Assembly: GCA_963751275.1 (NCBI GenBank)
Contig: CAVVTZ010000007.1
Coordinates: 800,001 to 864,000 of the forward strand
Origin: an uncultured Gemmatimonadaceae bacterium
Lineage (GTDB): Bacteria > Gemmatimonadota > Gemmatimonadetes > Gemmatimonadales > Gemmatimonadaceae
Reading direction: 5' to 3'
Length of the DNA stretch: 64,000 nt
The notes under the pieces: generated by a model
What the model saw: only the letters and a program-made list of their open reading frames with translations
The model's database searches: none
What the model was told of the DNA's origin: nothing
Part shown: positions 31,236 to 40,256 of the stretch, piece after piece
How positions within the stretch are numbered: position 1 is the first letter of the stretch
How the letters are laid out: each line of letters starts with the position of its first letter
Position numbers and translations under genes: made by a program

Positions 31236-31904
31236 TCAGTTCTGCGCGAGTGCCTCGGCGACGCGAGCCGCTCTCCAGCCTCTCAATTTCTCTCTCAATT
31301 CCGGCCGTTTGAGCGACAGGATCGCCGTCGCGAGGAGCGCCGCATTGGCGGCGCCCGGCTTTCCGATGGCGAGCGTGCCGACCGGCACGCCTTTCGGCAT
31401 CTGCACGATCGAGAGCAGCGCGTCGAGTCCGTTGAGCGAGGTCGCGTCCACCGGCACGCCGAGCACGGGGAGCACCGTCTGCGCGGCGATGACACCGGGG
31501 AGATGCGCCGCGCCGCCGGCCGCGGCGATGATCACCTCGAGGCCGCGCGCCTCCGCGCCCTTGGCCCAGGCGGCGGTCTCGTCGGGCGTGCGGTGCGCGG
31601 AGAGGATGCGCATCTCGTAAGGGATCTGCAGCGCGTCGAGCAGTTCCGTGCCGGCCGCGAGGGTGTCGAGATCGGTGCGGCTGCCCATCACGATGCCGAC
31701 GAGGGGCGCGGGGCGCGCGGCGGGAGCGCGCGACGGGCGCGGGATGGGCTGGATGGCGCGCGGGATGGGCTTGGGCGCCGGCTTCGCGGCGGCCTTCGGC
31801 GCCGGCTTCTTGGGCGGCCCGCGGCGCTTCTTGGCGACCGGCCGCTTGGGCGCCGTTCTCTTGGGGGTCTTCTTGGCGGCGGGCTTCTTCTTGGATGGGC
31901 TCAT
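31236..31904 (-). CDS. purE: N5-carboxyaminoimidazole ribonucleotide mutase
   Basis: [43 protein letters not shown]-rich N-terminal extension. Confidence 0.95.
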   Translation of the reverse strand: MSPSKKKPAAKKTPKRTAPKRPVAKKRRGPPKKPAPKAAAKPAPKPIPRAIQPIPRPSRAPAARPAPLVGIVMGSRTDLDTLAAGTELLDALQIPYEMRILSAHRTPDETAAWAKGAEARGLEVIIAAAGGAAHLPGVIAAQTVLPVLGVPVDATSLNGLDALLSIVQMPKGVPVGTLAIGKPGAANAALLATAILSLKRPELREKLRGWRAARVAEALAQN

Positions 31905-32599
31905 TTCGCGTTCGACCACCACGCGAAGCTGCGCCCCGCGAGGATCATGTCGTCGTTGGGGTAGGTCTTCCAGACGCCATCGTAGCGCCGGAGCGTGATG
32001 ATCTTGATCCCCTGATCGGCATCGCCAGGGGTGAACGGCGTGCGGCGGTAGAGCACGTGCGCCACGGAGTCCCCTTCCATCATCTCGCCGACGATCGTGC
32101 GCGTCGGGACGACGATGCGCGGACCGGCCGCTTCATCGGACGACTTGAGGTTCCGGGTGCCCGACAGCCATGCGGCGAAGAATTGCGCGGGGGTGAGCAC
32201 CTCCAGCTGGAGCAGATTGTCGACGTGGTAGAAATTCTCGAGGAAGCGCTTGCTGAAATTCCCTTCCTGCGACTCGAAGTACTTCTGCACGCACTTCGGC
32301 ATGCCGTAGCTCTCCGGATTCTTCTTCTTCTCGAGCTTCTGGCGCTCATCCTCTTCGGCGTAGAAGAGTTGCTTGGCGCGGAACTGCTCGAGGAATTGCG
32401 GCGACGCGAGCGCCGCGACCGCGTCCCAATTCTTGGCGGCCAGGGCGGCGAACGACTCCTCGACCACGGCGCTCGGCGACGACGGCGCCTGTGCGGCGGC
32501 CCGGCCGGCGCCCGCCAGCGTGATGACGGCGAAGAGCGCGGCGCGCGAGGAACGCGTGGATCGCTTACCCGTACGGGACGACATTGTGGCGGCTCCCAA
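31901..32599 (-). CDS. Hypothetical exported protein; start uncertain
   Basis: Signal-peptide-like segment ending AAAQ; ATGA overlap with purE. Confidence 0.65.
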   Translation of the reverse strand: MGAATMSSRTGKRSTRSSRAALFAVITLAGAGRAAAQAPSSPSAVVEESFAALAAKNWDAVAALASPQFLEQFRAKQLFYAEEDERQKLEKKKNPESYGMPKCVQKYFESQEGNFSKRFLENFYHVDNLLQLEVLTPAQFFAAWLSGTRNLKSSDEAAGPRIVVPTRTIVGEMMEGDSVAHVLYRRTPFTPGDADQGIKIITLRRYDGVWKTYPNDDMILAGRSFAWWSNAK

Positions 32600-32727
32600 G
32601 GGCTGAACTGGCGTGGGGGGGTATTATACCGCGCCGCGCGGTCGGGTGCGAGAGGCGGCACCGAAATGGGCCTCCGCGACGTCTGCCGGCGCCCGCGGAC
32701 TGCGGACTGTCGGCTGTTGACTGTTGA

Positions 32728-33612
32728 CTAGTCTTTCTTGATCGCGCGCCCGACGATGATCGTGATGTTGTCGGTGCCCCCGCCGTCCAGGGCATCCTGG
32801 AGCAGCAATTCGGCGGTCTCCTTGGCCGACGTCATCGTTTCGAGACGCGTCTTGATCTGCTCGTCGCTCACGTGCTTGGTGAGGCCGTCGCTGCACATCA
32901 GGTGGATGTTCCGCCAGTGCGCCGTGAGGCGCGTGACGACGGGGAAGGTGTCGTGGCCGCCGATCGCGCTGGAGAGGACGTTCTTGAGCGGCGAGTCCTT
33001 CGCCTGGTCGCGGCTGAGGGCGCCGGCGTCGACCAGGTCTTCGGCGTAGGTCTGATCGCGGGTGATCTGGGTGAGGACGCCATCGCGGTAGATATAGTAG
33101 CGGGAGTCGCCCACCTGGAGCACGTAGGCGTAGGGCCAGACGCCCATCCAGAGCGTGAGCGTCGTGGCGCGCTTGCGGGCATCGGTGCGCTCGGCGGCAC
33201 GCTGGAGCACGCGGCTGTGCGATTCGGTGGCGGCCTTTTGGAGCGTGTCGCGGAAGGCTTCCTCGCGCGCGTCGGGGCTGCTGTAGTAGGCCTGGAGACT
33301 ATTGGCCAGGAATTCGGTGACGTTGGCGAGGGCGATCCGGCTGGCTTCCTCGCCCCCTTCGGTGCCGCCCACGCCGTCGGCGACCATGCCGATGAAGGCG
33401 AGGCGCTGGTCGCTGAACTGGGATTCGTTCTCGAGGCCGGGGAGGCTGGTGAGGCGGACGTCCATGCGTTTGTGGAGCGACGCGAGGAGGAAGTGATCGT
33501 TGTTGTTCTTGCGGACCTTGCCGCAATGGGTGAGGCCGAAGAAGTCGATCTCGTCTTCGCGCGGCTTGCGCTCGAGCGTCTCGGCCGTGGGCGATTCGGT
33601 GTGCATGGACAT
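32728..33612 (-). CDS. PP2C-family Ser/Thr phosphatase
   Basis: GKVRKNNND, VADGVGG, VGDSR, MCSDGL, GGTDNIT. Confidence 0.92.
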   Translation of the reverse strand: MSMHTESPTAETLERKPREDEIDFFGLTHCGKVRKNNNDHFLLASLHKRMDVRLTSLPGLENESQFSDQRLAFIGMVADGVGGTEGGEEASRIALANVTEFLANSLQAYYSSPDAREEAFRDTLQKAATESHSRVLQRAAERTDARKRATTLTLWMGVWPYAYVLQVGDSRYYIYRDGVLTQITRDQTYAEDLVDAGALSRDQAKDSPLKNVLSSAIGGHDTFPVVTRLTAHWRNIHLMCSDGLTKHVSDEQIKTRLETMTSAKETAELLLQDALDGGGTDNITIIVGRAIKKD

Positions 33613-33676
33613 GGCTTGGCCTCCGGATGCCTAACATGGATGGGGAGACCTCGGCACGGAAGAGTGCGTGAGTCCG

Positions 33677-33840
33677 TAACGACGCGTGTAGGGACAAGTA
33701 CCGCTCGAGGGGCGCGTCTGGGAGGCAGCGTGTGGTACGGCTCGGCGGGAGTAGTACGCCGTTCCACTCCCGCCGAGCCGTACCACACGCTGCCTCCCAG
33801 ACGCGCCCCTCGAGTGGTACTAGGGCCCACTCGCGCCCTT
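33677..33840. repeat. Family A palindrome, copy 4
   Basis: Arms carry the CTCGAGGGGCGCG / CGCGCCCCTCGAG variant. Confidence 0.95.
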
Positions 33841-33876
33841 GACAATGAGCTCATTTAAATATAGATATAAGTCTAT
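33839..33876 (+). promoter_or_regulatory. Candidate promoter/operator of the ArsR gene
   Basis: TTGACA at 33839, AT-rich spacer, ATAGA-N6-TCTAT inverted repeat overlapping the ATG. Confidence 0.45.
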
Positions 33877-34219
33877 GAAAGACAGCGAGACGATCAAGGC
33901 GCTGAAGGCGATCGCGCATCCGACGCGCTTCCAGATGGTGCAGGAGGTGGCGGCGGCGGGGGAATTGACGTGCGGGCAGCTGGGTGACCGGTTCAAGCTC
34001 GCGCAGCCGACGATCTCGCATCATCTCAAGCTGCTCGCCGACTCGGGCGTGCTGCTGATGCGGCGCGAGGCGCAGCACGGGATCATCACGGTGAACCGGG
34101 CGCTGGTGGCCGAGCTGCTCGGCTCGCTGCCCGAGCGGCTGGCGCCGGCGACGCCGGCGGCGCCGCGGGCCGCGGCGCGGCCGCGCAAGACGCCGGCGCG
34201 GGGGATGCGCGGGCGCTGA
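33875..34219 (+). CDS. ArsR/SmtB family transcriptional regulator
   Basis: KAIAHPTR, TCGQL, QPTISHHLKLL. Confidence 0.88.
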   Translation: MKDSETIKALKAIAHPTRFQMVQEVAAAGELTCGQLGDRFKLAQPTISHHLKLLADSGVLLMRREAQHGIITVNRALVAELLGSLPERLAPATPAAPRAAARPRKTPARGMRGR

Positions 34220-34306
34220 TCATCACGCGGGGTTCAACAAGGCCGGGGTGTTCCCGGTTGTTCGATACATTCCTATATCCAGATACTTCAACGAGAGGAT
34301 GTTCCC

Positions 34307-34852
34307 ATGGCACCGTCCCAATGGCAGTTCGACACGTCGCACGCCACCATCGGCTTCAGCGTGCGCCACATGATGGTCTCCAAGGTCCACGGCCAGTTCA
34401 CCAAGTGGTCGGGGCAGTTCAACTTCAATGACCAGGACCCCACGGCGTCCACCGCCGTCGTCGAGATCGACGTCAACAGCATCAACACCAACGAGCCCCA
34501 GCGCGACGCGCACCTCAAGTCGCCCGACTTCTTCGATGTCGCGAATCATCCCGTCATGACCTTCCGCAGCACGAAGATCGAGCGGCACGGCGCGGACTAC
34601 CGCGTTTCCGGCGACCTGACGATCCGCGGCACGACCCGCCCGGTGGTGCTCGTCGCCGAGTTCATGGGCGCGATCGTGGACATGCAGGGCAACGACCGTG
34701 CCGGCTTCTCGGCGAAGGGCTCGATCGACCGCAAGGAGTTCGGCCTGACGTGGAACATGCTCCTCGAGGCGGGCGGACTGGCGGTCGCGGACAAGGTGGA
34801 GATTTCCTTGGAGTTCGAAGCGGTGCGCGCAAAAGCGGCTGTTGCGGCCTAA
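34307..34852 (+). CDS. YceI family protein
   Basis: FSVRHM, RDAHLKSPDFFD, GDLTIRG, IDRKEFG. Confidence 0.92.
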   Translation: MAPSQWQFDTSHATIGFSVRHMMVSKVHGQFTKWSGQFNFNDQDPTASTAVVEIDVNSINTNEPQRDAHLKSPDFFDVANHPVMTFRSTKIERHGADYRVSGDLTIRGTTRPVVLVAEFMGAIVDMQGNDRAGFSAKGSIDRKEFGLTWNMLLEAGGLAVADKVEISLEFEAVRAKAAVAA

Positions 34853-35007
34853 ATGCGCGTGTAGCTACTAGTACCGCTGAAACAGCGCGTCTGGGAGGCA
34901 GCGTGTGGTACGGCTCGGCGGGAGTGGAACTACTCACGCATCGCCGTACCACACGCTGCCTCCCAGACGCGCTGTTTCAGCGGTACCAGGCCCTACACGC
35001 GCAGTCA
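34850..35007. repeat. Family A palindrome, copy 5
   Basis: GCTGAAACAGCGCG / CGCGCTGTTTCAGC variant between convergent stops. Confidence 0.93.
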
Positions 35008-35460
35008 GTCGGTAGGAGGCGTCCCATCGAGGAACATGGAGACCCCTCCGTGCTTGGCACATGCACCATTGTGCTGGTGCGCGTGCGAGTAGGTGCCGTC
35101 CTTGCACTTCGCGGTGGCGCCGGCGGCCGTCGCGTTCGTGACGTCACCCGCGGCTTCCTTCTCGGCCGCCTTCGCGCCCTTGCCGGCATCCTCGGCGGCC
35201 TTCGAAACGGTCTTGCTGGTGTTCTTCGCGGCGATCTCCGTTGCCGTGCCCACCTTTTCGGCGCCGGTCTTGGCGTTCTTCATCTTCGTGGCATTCTTAT
35301 CCACGCCGCCATGCTCGGAGCAGCGGTACTCTCCGGTGGCGGTGGTGGTCGTGCCGTCCTTGCAGACCGTCACCTTCGCGTCCTGCGCGACGAGCGCGGC
35401 CGGCGCGGTGGCGGCCATGAACGCGGCCATCGCGGCCGCGAGAAGCGTGCGATGCGACAT
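35005..35460 (-). CDS. Exported DUF3761-like protein (paralog 1)
   Basis: Signal peptide; two CKDG...C-x2-HGGV modules; GGAGG RBS. Confidence 0.8.
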   Translation of the reverse strand: MSHRTLLAAAMAAFMAATAPAALVAQDAKVTVCKDGTTTTATGEYRCSEHGGVDKNATKMKNAKTGAEKVGTATEIAAKNTSKTVSKAAEDAGKGAKAAEKEAAGDVTNATAAGATAKCKDGTYSHAHQHNGACAKHGGVSMFLDGTPPTD

Positions 35461-35522
35461 GTGAACCTCCTTGTCCGTGGAAAGACAATCGAACAAGCCG
35501 TACGAACAGGGTATACACCGGA

Positions 35523-36440
35523 ATGGAGCCCATCGGTCCCGGTGATCGGCCGCGTCGCGGCGTGATCACGTGCGTGCGCGGCCATCGCCCAATCGCGATC
35601 GCCGCGGCCGCGCTGGCGCTCGCATCGCGCGGGATGGCGCAGGTTCCGGCGCGCGACAGCACCGCGGCGCGCCGCTGGGAGATCGCCGTCGAGGCGCGCG
35701 GCGGCGTGCCGTCGGGGACGGTGCAGGTGCGGGAGAACGCGGTGGCCGGCACTCGCTTCACGCTCGGCAGCGGGCTGGATGTGCGCGCGCTGTGGGCCGC
35801 CGGCATGGAGCTCGACTACCGCCCCGATCCGCGCACGCGTCTCTCACTCGAGCTCACGAGCTTCGGCCTCTCGGGCACCGTGACTCCCGCGCAGGAGACC
35901 TATTTCAACGGCACCACGCTCGCGGCGGGCAGCCCGCTCACCACCGCGACGACATTCCCGCACTATCTCGCGGCGACGTTCACCTTCGCGCGGCGCGTTT
36001 CGCGGATCGGCGGCGGCGAGCTCAGCGCGACGGCGGGATTCTCCTTCGTCGCGCTCACGTTCGTGCTGCACGGCACGCTTGCGCCCGGCAGCGCGACGCG
36101 CGAGACGCAGGAGGATTTCGTGACGCAGGAGCTGCCGGTGCCTGAGCTCGGCGTGGCGTATGACGCGCCGCTCGCCCACCGCATGGCGCTGGATATGCGG
36201 CTCACCGGCGGATGGCTGCCGTGGGTGAACAGTCTGCGCAACGAAGGGGGCGTGGTGACGATCACGCAGACCGCCGTGCAGCTCGCCACCACTGTGCGCT
36301 ATGCCCTGACTCCCGCGCTCGGCGCCACGGGCGCGGTGCGACTTTCGTCCTTCTCGCAGAACGAGCAGAGCGGGGAGGACGGCAATCAATTCTCGATGCG
36401 GGCGATCACGGTGGGGATCGGGTTGGCGCAGCGATTCTGA
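35523..36440 (+). CDS. Putative outer-membrane beta-barrel protein; start uncertain
   Basis: Signal peptide, alternating beta strands, C-terminal Phe (GIGLAQRF). Confidence 0.6.
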   Translation: MEPIGPGDRPRRGVITCVRGHRPIAIAAAALALASRGMAQVPARDSTAARRWEIAVEARGGVPSGTVQVRENAVAGTRFTLGSGLDVRALWAAGMELDYRPDPRTRLSLELTSFGLSGTVTPAQETYFNGTTLAAGSPLTTATTFPHYLAATFTFARRVSRIGGGELSATAGFSFVALTFVLHGTLAPGSATRETQEDFVTQELPVPELGVAYDAPLAHRMALDMRLTGGWLPWVNSLRNEGGVVTITQTAVQLATTVRYALTPALGATGAVRLSSFSQNEQSGEDGNQFSMRAITVGIGLAQRF

Positions 36441-36455
36441 CGCGACGGCCCTACC

Positions 36456-36611
36456 AACCGCGTGCATGGGAACTAGTACCGCTTGAACAGCGCGTCTGGG
36501 AGGCAGCGTGTAGCACTGCTCAGCGGGAGTAGTACCAATCACGCCGAGCCGTACCACACGCAGCCTCCTAGACGCGCTACTCAAGCGGTACTAGTTCCTA
36601 CAGGCGCCGTC
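36456..36611. repeat. Family A palindrome, copy 6
   Basis: CTAGTACCGCTTGAACAGCGCGTCTGGGAGGCAGCGTGT arm and its inverse. Confidence 0.9.
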
Positions 36612-36685
36612 GGGAGGAGTTACCGCACGCCGGCGTTCTTGGTCCGCTATACGGAGCCCGAAGAGACCCTTCAGCCCCTGCTCGG

Positions 36686-38062
36686 ATGCCCGCTCCCGCT
36701 CGGTCCACGGCGCGCCGCCTCGCGACGATCGCGGGGCTCGCCGTCATTTACTTTGTCGCGGCCAAGCTTGGCCTGCGCCTGGCGTTCGTGAACGCGAGCG
36801 CGACCGCGGTGTGGCCGCCCACCGGCATCGCGATCGCCGCGGTGCTCCTGCTCGGAACCGACGCGTGGCCTGCGATCTTCATCGGGGCGTTCGCGGTGAA
36901 CATGGCCACGGCGGGGTCCATCTTCACGTCGCTCGGGATCGGCGCCGGCAACACGCTCGAGGCGATCGCAGGCGCGTGGCTCGTGAACCGGTACGGCGGC
37001 GGGCGCTCGAGCTTCGAGCATCCGGAAGGCGTGTTCCGCTTCGCCCTGTTCGCCGGATTGGTCGCCACCGTGATCAGCCCCACGATCGGCGTCACCGGCC
37101 TCGCGCTGGCGGGCTTCGCGAGGTGGCCGGACTTCGGCCGCATCTGGATCACCTGGTGGCTCGGCGACGCGGTGGGCGCGCTGCTCGTCGCGCCGGTGAT
37201 CCTGTTGTGGAACAAGTGGCCGAGATCGTGGTGGAGCCCGGCCCGGGTGCGCGAGGCGGCGGCGATGTACATCACCCTCGTGGGGATCGGGGCGCTGGTG
37301 TTCGGCGGATTCTTTCCGACCGACGTGAAGGATTATCCACTCGAATTCCTGTGCCTGCCACCGCTCCTGTGGGCGGCGTTCCGCTTCGGCTCACGCGAAG
37401 CGGCGACCGGGATGCTCTTGCTGTCGGGGATCGCGGTGGTGGGCACGCTGCTCGGCTACGGACCGTTCGTGCGCGAGACGCAGCACGAATCGCTGCTCTT
37501 GCTGCAGACGTATGCCGGCGTCGTGTCGGTGACGACGCTCACGCTGGCGGCGGTGGTGGCGGAGCGCAGCCGGCTGGAGGGGCAACTGCGCGTGCTGTCG
37601 GTGACCGATCCGCTTACGGGCCTGGCGAACTATCGATTGCTGATCGAGCGGCTCGTGGCGGAGATCGCGCGCGTGGAGCGCACGGGGCGGCCGTTCGCGC
37701 TGCTCATGGCGGATGTGGACGATCTCAAGAAGATCAACGACCGCCACGGCCACCTGACGGGGAGCCGCGCGCTGGTGCGGGTGGCGGAGGCGCTGCGGAG
37801 GTCCAGCCGGAGTACGGATACGCTCGCGCGATACGGCGGCGACGAGTTCGCGCTCATCCTGCCGGAGACGGACGAGCGCGCGGCCCAAGCGGTGGCGGCG
37901 CGCATCGGCAGCCTGCTCGCGGACGACACGGAGGAACCGCGCGTGACGCTGAGTGTGGGAGTGGCAATGTACGCGGAGAGCGGCGTGACGGCGGAGGCGA
38001 TGCTCGCCAACGCGGATTCGCGGATGTATGAGATCAAGTCCGCTCGAAAGGCGACGGCATGA
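36686..38062 (+). CDS. MASE1-GGDEF diguanylate cyclase
   Basis: VWPPTG, WWLGDAVG MASE1 helices; DPLTGLAN, RSTD, RYGGDEF. Confidence 0.9.
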   Translation: MPAPARSTARRLATIAGLAVIYFVAAKLGLRLAFVNASATAVWPPTGIAIAAVLLLGTDAWPAIFIGAFAVNMATAGSIFTSLGIGAGNTLEAIAGAWLVNRYGGGRSSFEHPEGVFRFALFAGLVATVISPTIGVTGLALAGFARWPDFGRIWITWWLGDAVGALLVAPVILLWNKWPRSWWSPARVREAAAMYITLVGIGALVFGGFFPTDVKDYPLEFLCLPPLLWAAFRFGSREAATGMLLLSGIAVVGTLLGYGPFVRETQHESLLLLQTYAGVVSVTTLTLAAVVAERSRLEGQLRVLSVTDPLTGLANYRLLIERLVAEIARVERTGRPFALLMADVDDLKKINDRHGHLTGSRALVRVAEALRRSSRSTDTLARYGGDEFALILPETDERAAQAVAARIGSLLADDTEEPRVTLSVGVAMYAESGVTAEAMLANADSRMYEIKSARKATA

Positions 38063-38219
38063 ACGGCGCGAGAAGGGCCTAGTAACGCTCGAGGGGCGCG
38101 TCTAGGTGGCAGCGTGTGGTACGGCTCGGCGGGAGTAGTACCAATCACGCCGAGCCGTACCACACGCTGCCTCCCAGGCGCGCTTCTCAAGCGGTACTAG
38201 TTGCTACACGCGCCGTTCA
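38060..38219. repeat. Family A palindrome, copy 7
   Basis: TGAACGGCGCG...CGCGCCGTTCA; both termini are stop codons. Confidence 0.93.
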
Positions 38220-38705
38220 GGTCGTCGGTGGTTTCTTCATCCAGAACTCGACTCCCCCGTGCTGCGCGCAGGCGCCTTGGCTCTGCGTCGCGTGCGAGTA
38301 TGAAGCGTCCTTGCACTTGGCGGTCGCGTCAGCGGAGACATTGTTCGTCTTGTCGCCGGCCACTTCGGCCACCGTGCCCTTGGCGGTCTTGCCGACATCC
38401 TCGGCGCCCGTCGAGACGGCGTCACCCGTCTGGCCCGCCGCCTTCTTGACCGTCTTGCCGGTGTTCTCCGCCGCGATGTCCGTCGCGGCCGCCGCCTTGT
38501 CCACGCCGGTCTTCGCGTTCTTCATCTGGGTCGCGTTCTTGTCCACGCCGTGGTGCTCGGAGCAGCGATACTTGCCGGTGGCCGTGGTGGTCGTGCTGTC
38601 CTTGCAAACGGTGGTGACCGTGGGGGGCTTGTCCTGCGCGGCCAGCGTGAACGGCGCGACGAGGAAGGCGGCCACGGCCGCCGCGAGGAGCGATCTATTA
38701 TGCAT
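38217..38705 (-). CDS. Exported DUF3761-like protein (paralog 2)
   Basis: Same architecture as 35005-35460; shares RCSEH.GVDKNAT.MKNAKTG. Confidence 0.8.
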   Translation of the reverse strand: MHNRSLLAAAVAAFLVAPFTLAAQDKPPTVTTVCKDSTTTTATGKYRCSEHHGVDKNATQMKNAKTGVDKAAAATDIAAENTGKTVKKAAGQTGDAVSTGAEDVGKTAKGTVAEVAGDKTNNVSADATAKCKDASYSHATQSQGACAQHGGVEFWMKKPPTT

Positions 38706-38784
38706 GAGGAGCCTCAGGATCGATTGTGGATATTGTACATCTGTACAATAAGAAGCTATGTCGTGACGCGCAGCGCCGCTTGAT

Positions 38785-38950
38785 TGAACGGCGTACCTAG
38801 GGCCTAGTACCGCTCGAGGGGCGCGTCTGGGAGGCAGCGTGTGGTACGGCTCGGCGGGAGTCGAAAGGCGAACCACTCCCGCCGAGCCGTACCACACGCA
38901 GCCTCCTAGACGCGCCTTTCAAGTCGTACTAGTGTCTACACGCGCCCTCA
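38785..38950. repeat. Family A palindrome, copy 8
   Basis: TGAACGGCG...CGCGCCCTCA between divergent genes. Confidence 0.92.
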
Positions 38951-38962
38951 CGGAGGACCCTC

Positions 38963-39511
38963 ATGATCCGAGTGATGATCACTGCCGCGCTCGCCCTTGC
39001 GTTCGCGACGATGCCCAGGCAGGGGATGCGGTATCCGCTGAGCCAGCGTGGCAGCGTGGGGCAGACCGTCGCGTTCACCACCATCGAGATCACGTATGGT
39101 CGTCCCTTTGCGCGGGGGCGCACGTTGTTCGGCGCTGGGGCGGTGGTGAAGTTCGATCGCATCTGGCACCCGGGCGCCGATTCGGCGACGCGCATCACCT
39201 TCGATCATGACGTCGAGATCGAAGGGAAGTCCGTGAAGGCGGGAGAGTACTCGATCTGGATCATGCCGCAGGACAGCGCGACGTGGCAGTTCATCCTCAA
39301 CCGGAAGGCGCACGTCTTCCACACGCAGTATCCGGGGGAGTCGAACGACGCGCTGCGCGTGCCGATCCACACCGAGCGCGGCGCGTACCTCGAGACGCTG
39401 ACGTACTATTTCCCCGTGGTGGTGCGCGACAGCGCGACGCTCCGGTTGCAATGGGGAGAGATGATCCTGCCGGTGCGGATCGTGGCGCCGTATGCGCCGC
39501 CGGGGAGCTAG
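38963..39511 (+). CDS. DUF2911 family protein
   Basis: SQRGSVGQTV, ITYGRPFARGR, WHPGADSAT, AGEYSIW. Confidence 0.85.
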   Translation: MIRVMITAALALAFATMPRQGMRYPLSQRGSVGQTVAFTTIEITYGRPFARGRTLFGAGAVVKFDRIWHPGADSATRITFDHDVEIEGKSVKAGEYSIWIMPQDSATWQFILNRKAHVFHTQYPGESNDALRVPIHTERGAYLETLTYYFPVVVRDSATLRLQWGEMILPVRIVAPYAPPGS

Positions 39512-40128
39512 GCCGGGATCCGGAAGGCGCAGCTGGGCCGCGCGCCGTGCGCGCATCGCTGCTGCACCCGGCGGCCGGTCTGCGTCTCGAGCATCGATTC
39601 GACGATCGTGCAGGTGGCGGGCACCTTGGCCACCGCGGCCGCGAGCGGACAGCCTTCGCCCCGGATGTCCACGTGCGACTTGGCACGCGTGACGCGCACC
39701 GCGCCGCCCAGCGCGGTGAGGACGCTGCGCGCCGTGGCCGTGCACGAGGCGAGTGACGCGGGCCGGCGGGCCGGCGTGGCGAGATGCCGGCCGGCGTCAC
39801 GGAAGGCCGCGCGCAGGGCGGGTCCGCTCAGGCGGGCCGCGAGCACGGCGACGAGCGCCTCCAGCGCCGGCGCGTAGGCTCGGGAGAGCGCGACGTCGGC
39901 CTGCAGGGTGACCTCGTATTCCACCGCGGGCTTCCCCGCGACGCCCGTGCGCACGGTGCCACCGGCGCGCACGAGCCCGGCGCGCTCGAGCGCGGCGAGG
40001 TGGCCGCGCACGGCGTTGTCGGTGACGCCGAGCGCGGCGGCGAGGTCGTTCACCGTGCACGCGCCGGCGCGGAGGGCGGCGAGAACGCGGCGCCGGTGCG
40101 GCGTGAGCGCGAGGGCAGCGGGGGGCAT
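39508..40128 (-). CDS. Winged-helix transcriptional regulator (ArsR/SufR-like with C-terminal Cys)
   Basis: TVNDLAAALGVTDNAVRGHL, GKPAVEY, GCPL..C..C..CAF. Confidence 0.8.
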   Translation of the reverse strand: MPPAALALTPHRRRVLAALRAGACTVNDLAAALGVTDNAVRGHLAALERAGLVRAGGTVRTGVAGKPAVEYEVTLQADVALSRAYAPALEALVAVLAARLSGPALRAAFRDAGRHLATPARRPASLASCTATARSVLTALGGAVRVTRAKSHVDIRGEGCPLAAAVAKVPATCTIVESMLETQTGRRVQQRCAHGARPSCAFRIPA

Positions 40129-40256
40129 GGGAGGAATATAGGGCGCGTTGATAAGTAAACAAGAAATATGACATATCACGAGGCCGCGGCTCATCTCGAC
40201 GGGTCCAGCGCCGCCCCTCGTTGATCCAGCAGGAAATCCCCACACCGCCATTGCGC

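Noticed and set aside
32898..33854. ORFs containing VWYGSAGV...TPAEPYHTLP peptides (also at 10153, 22962, 23206, 38839 and others)
   Set aside because: These are translations of the family A repeat, with no independent sign of coding
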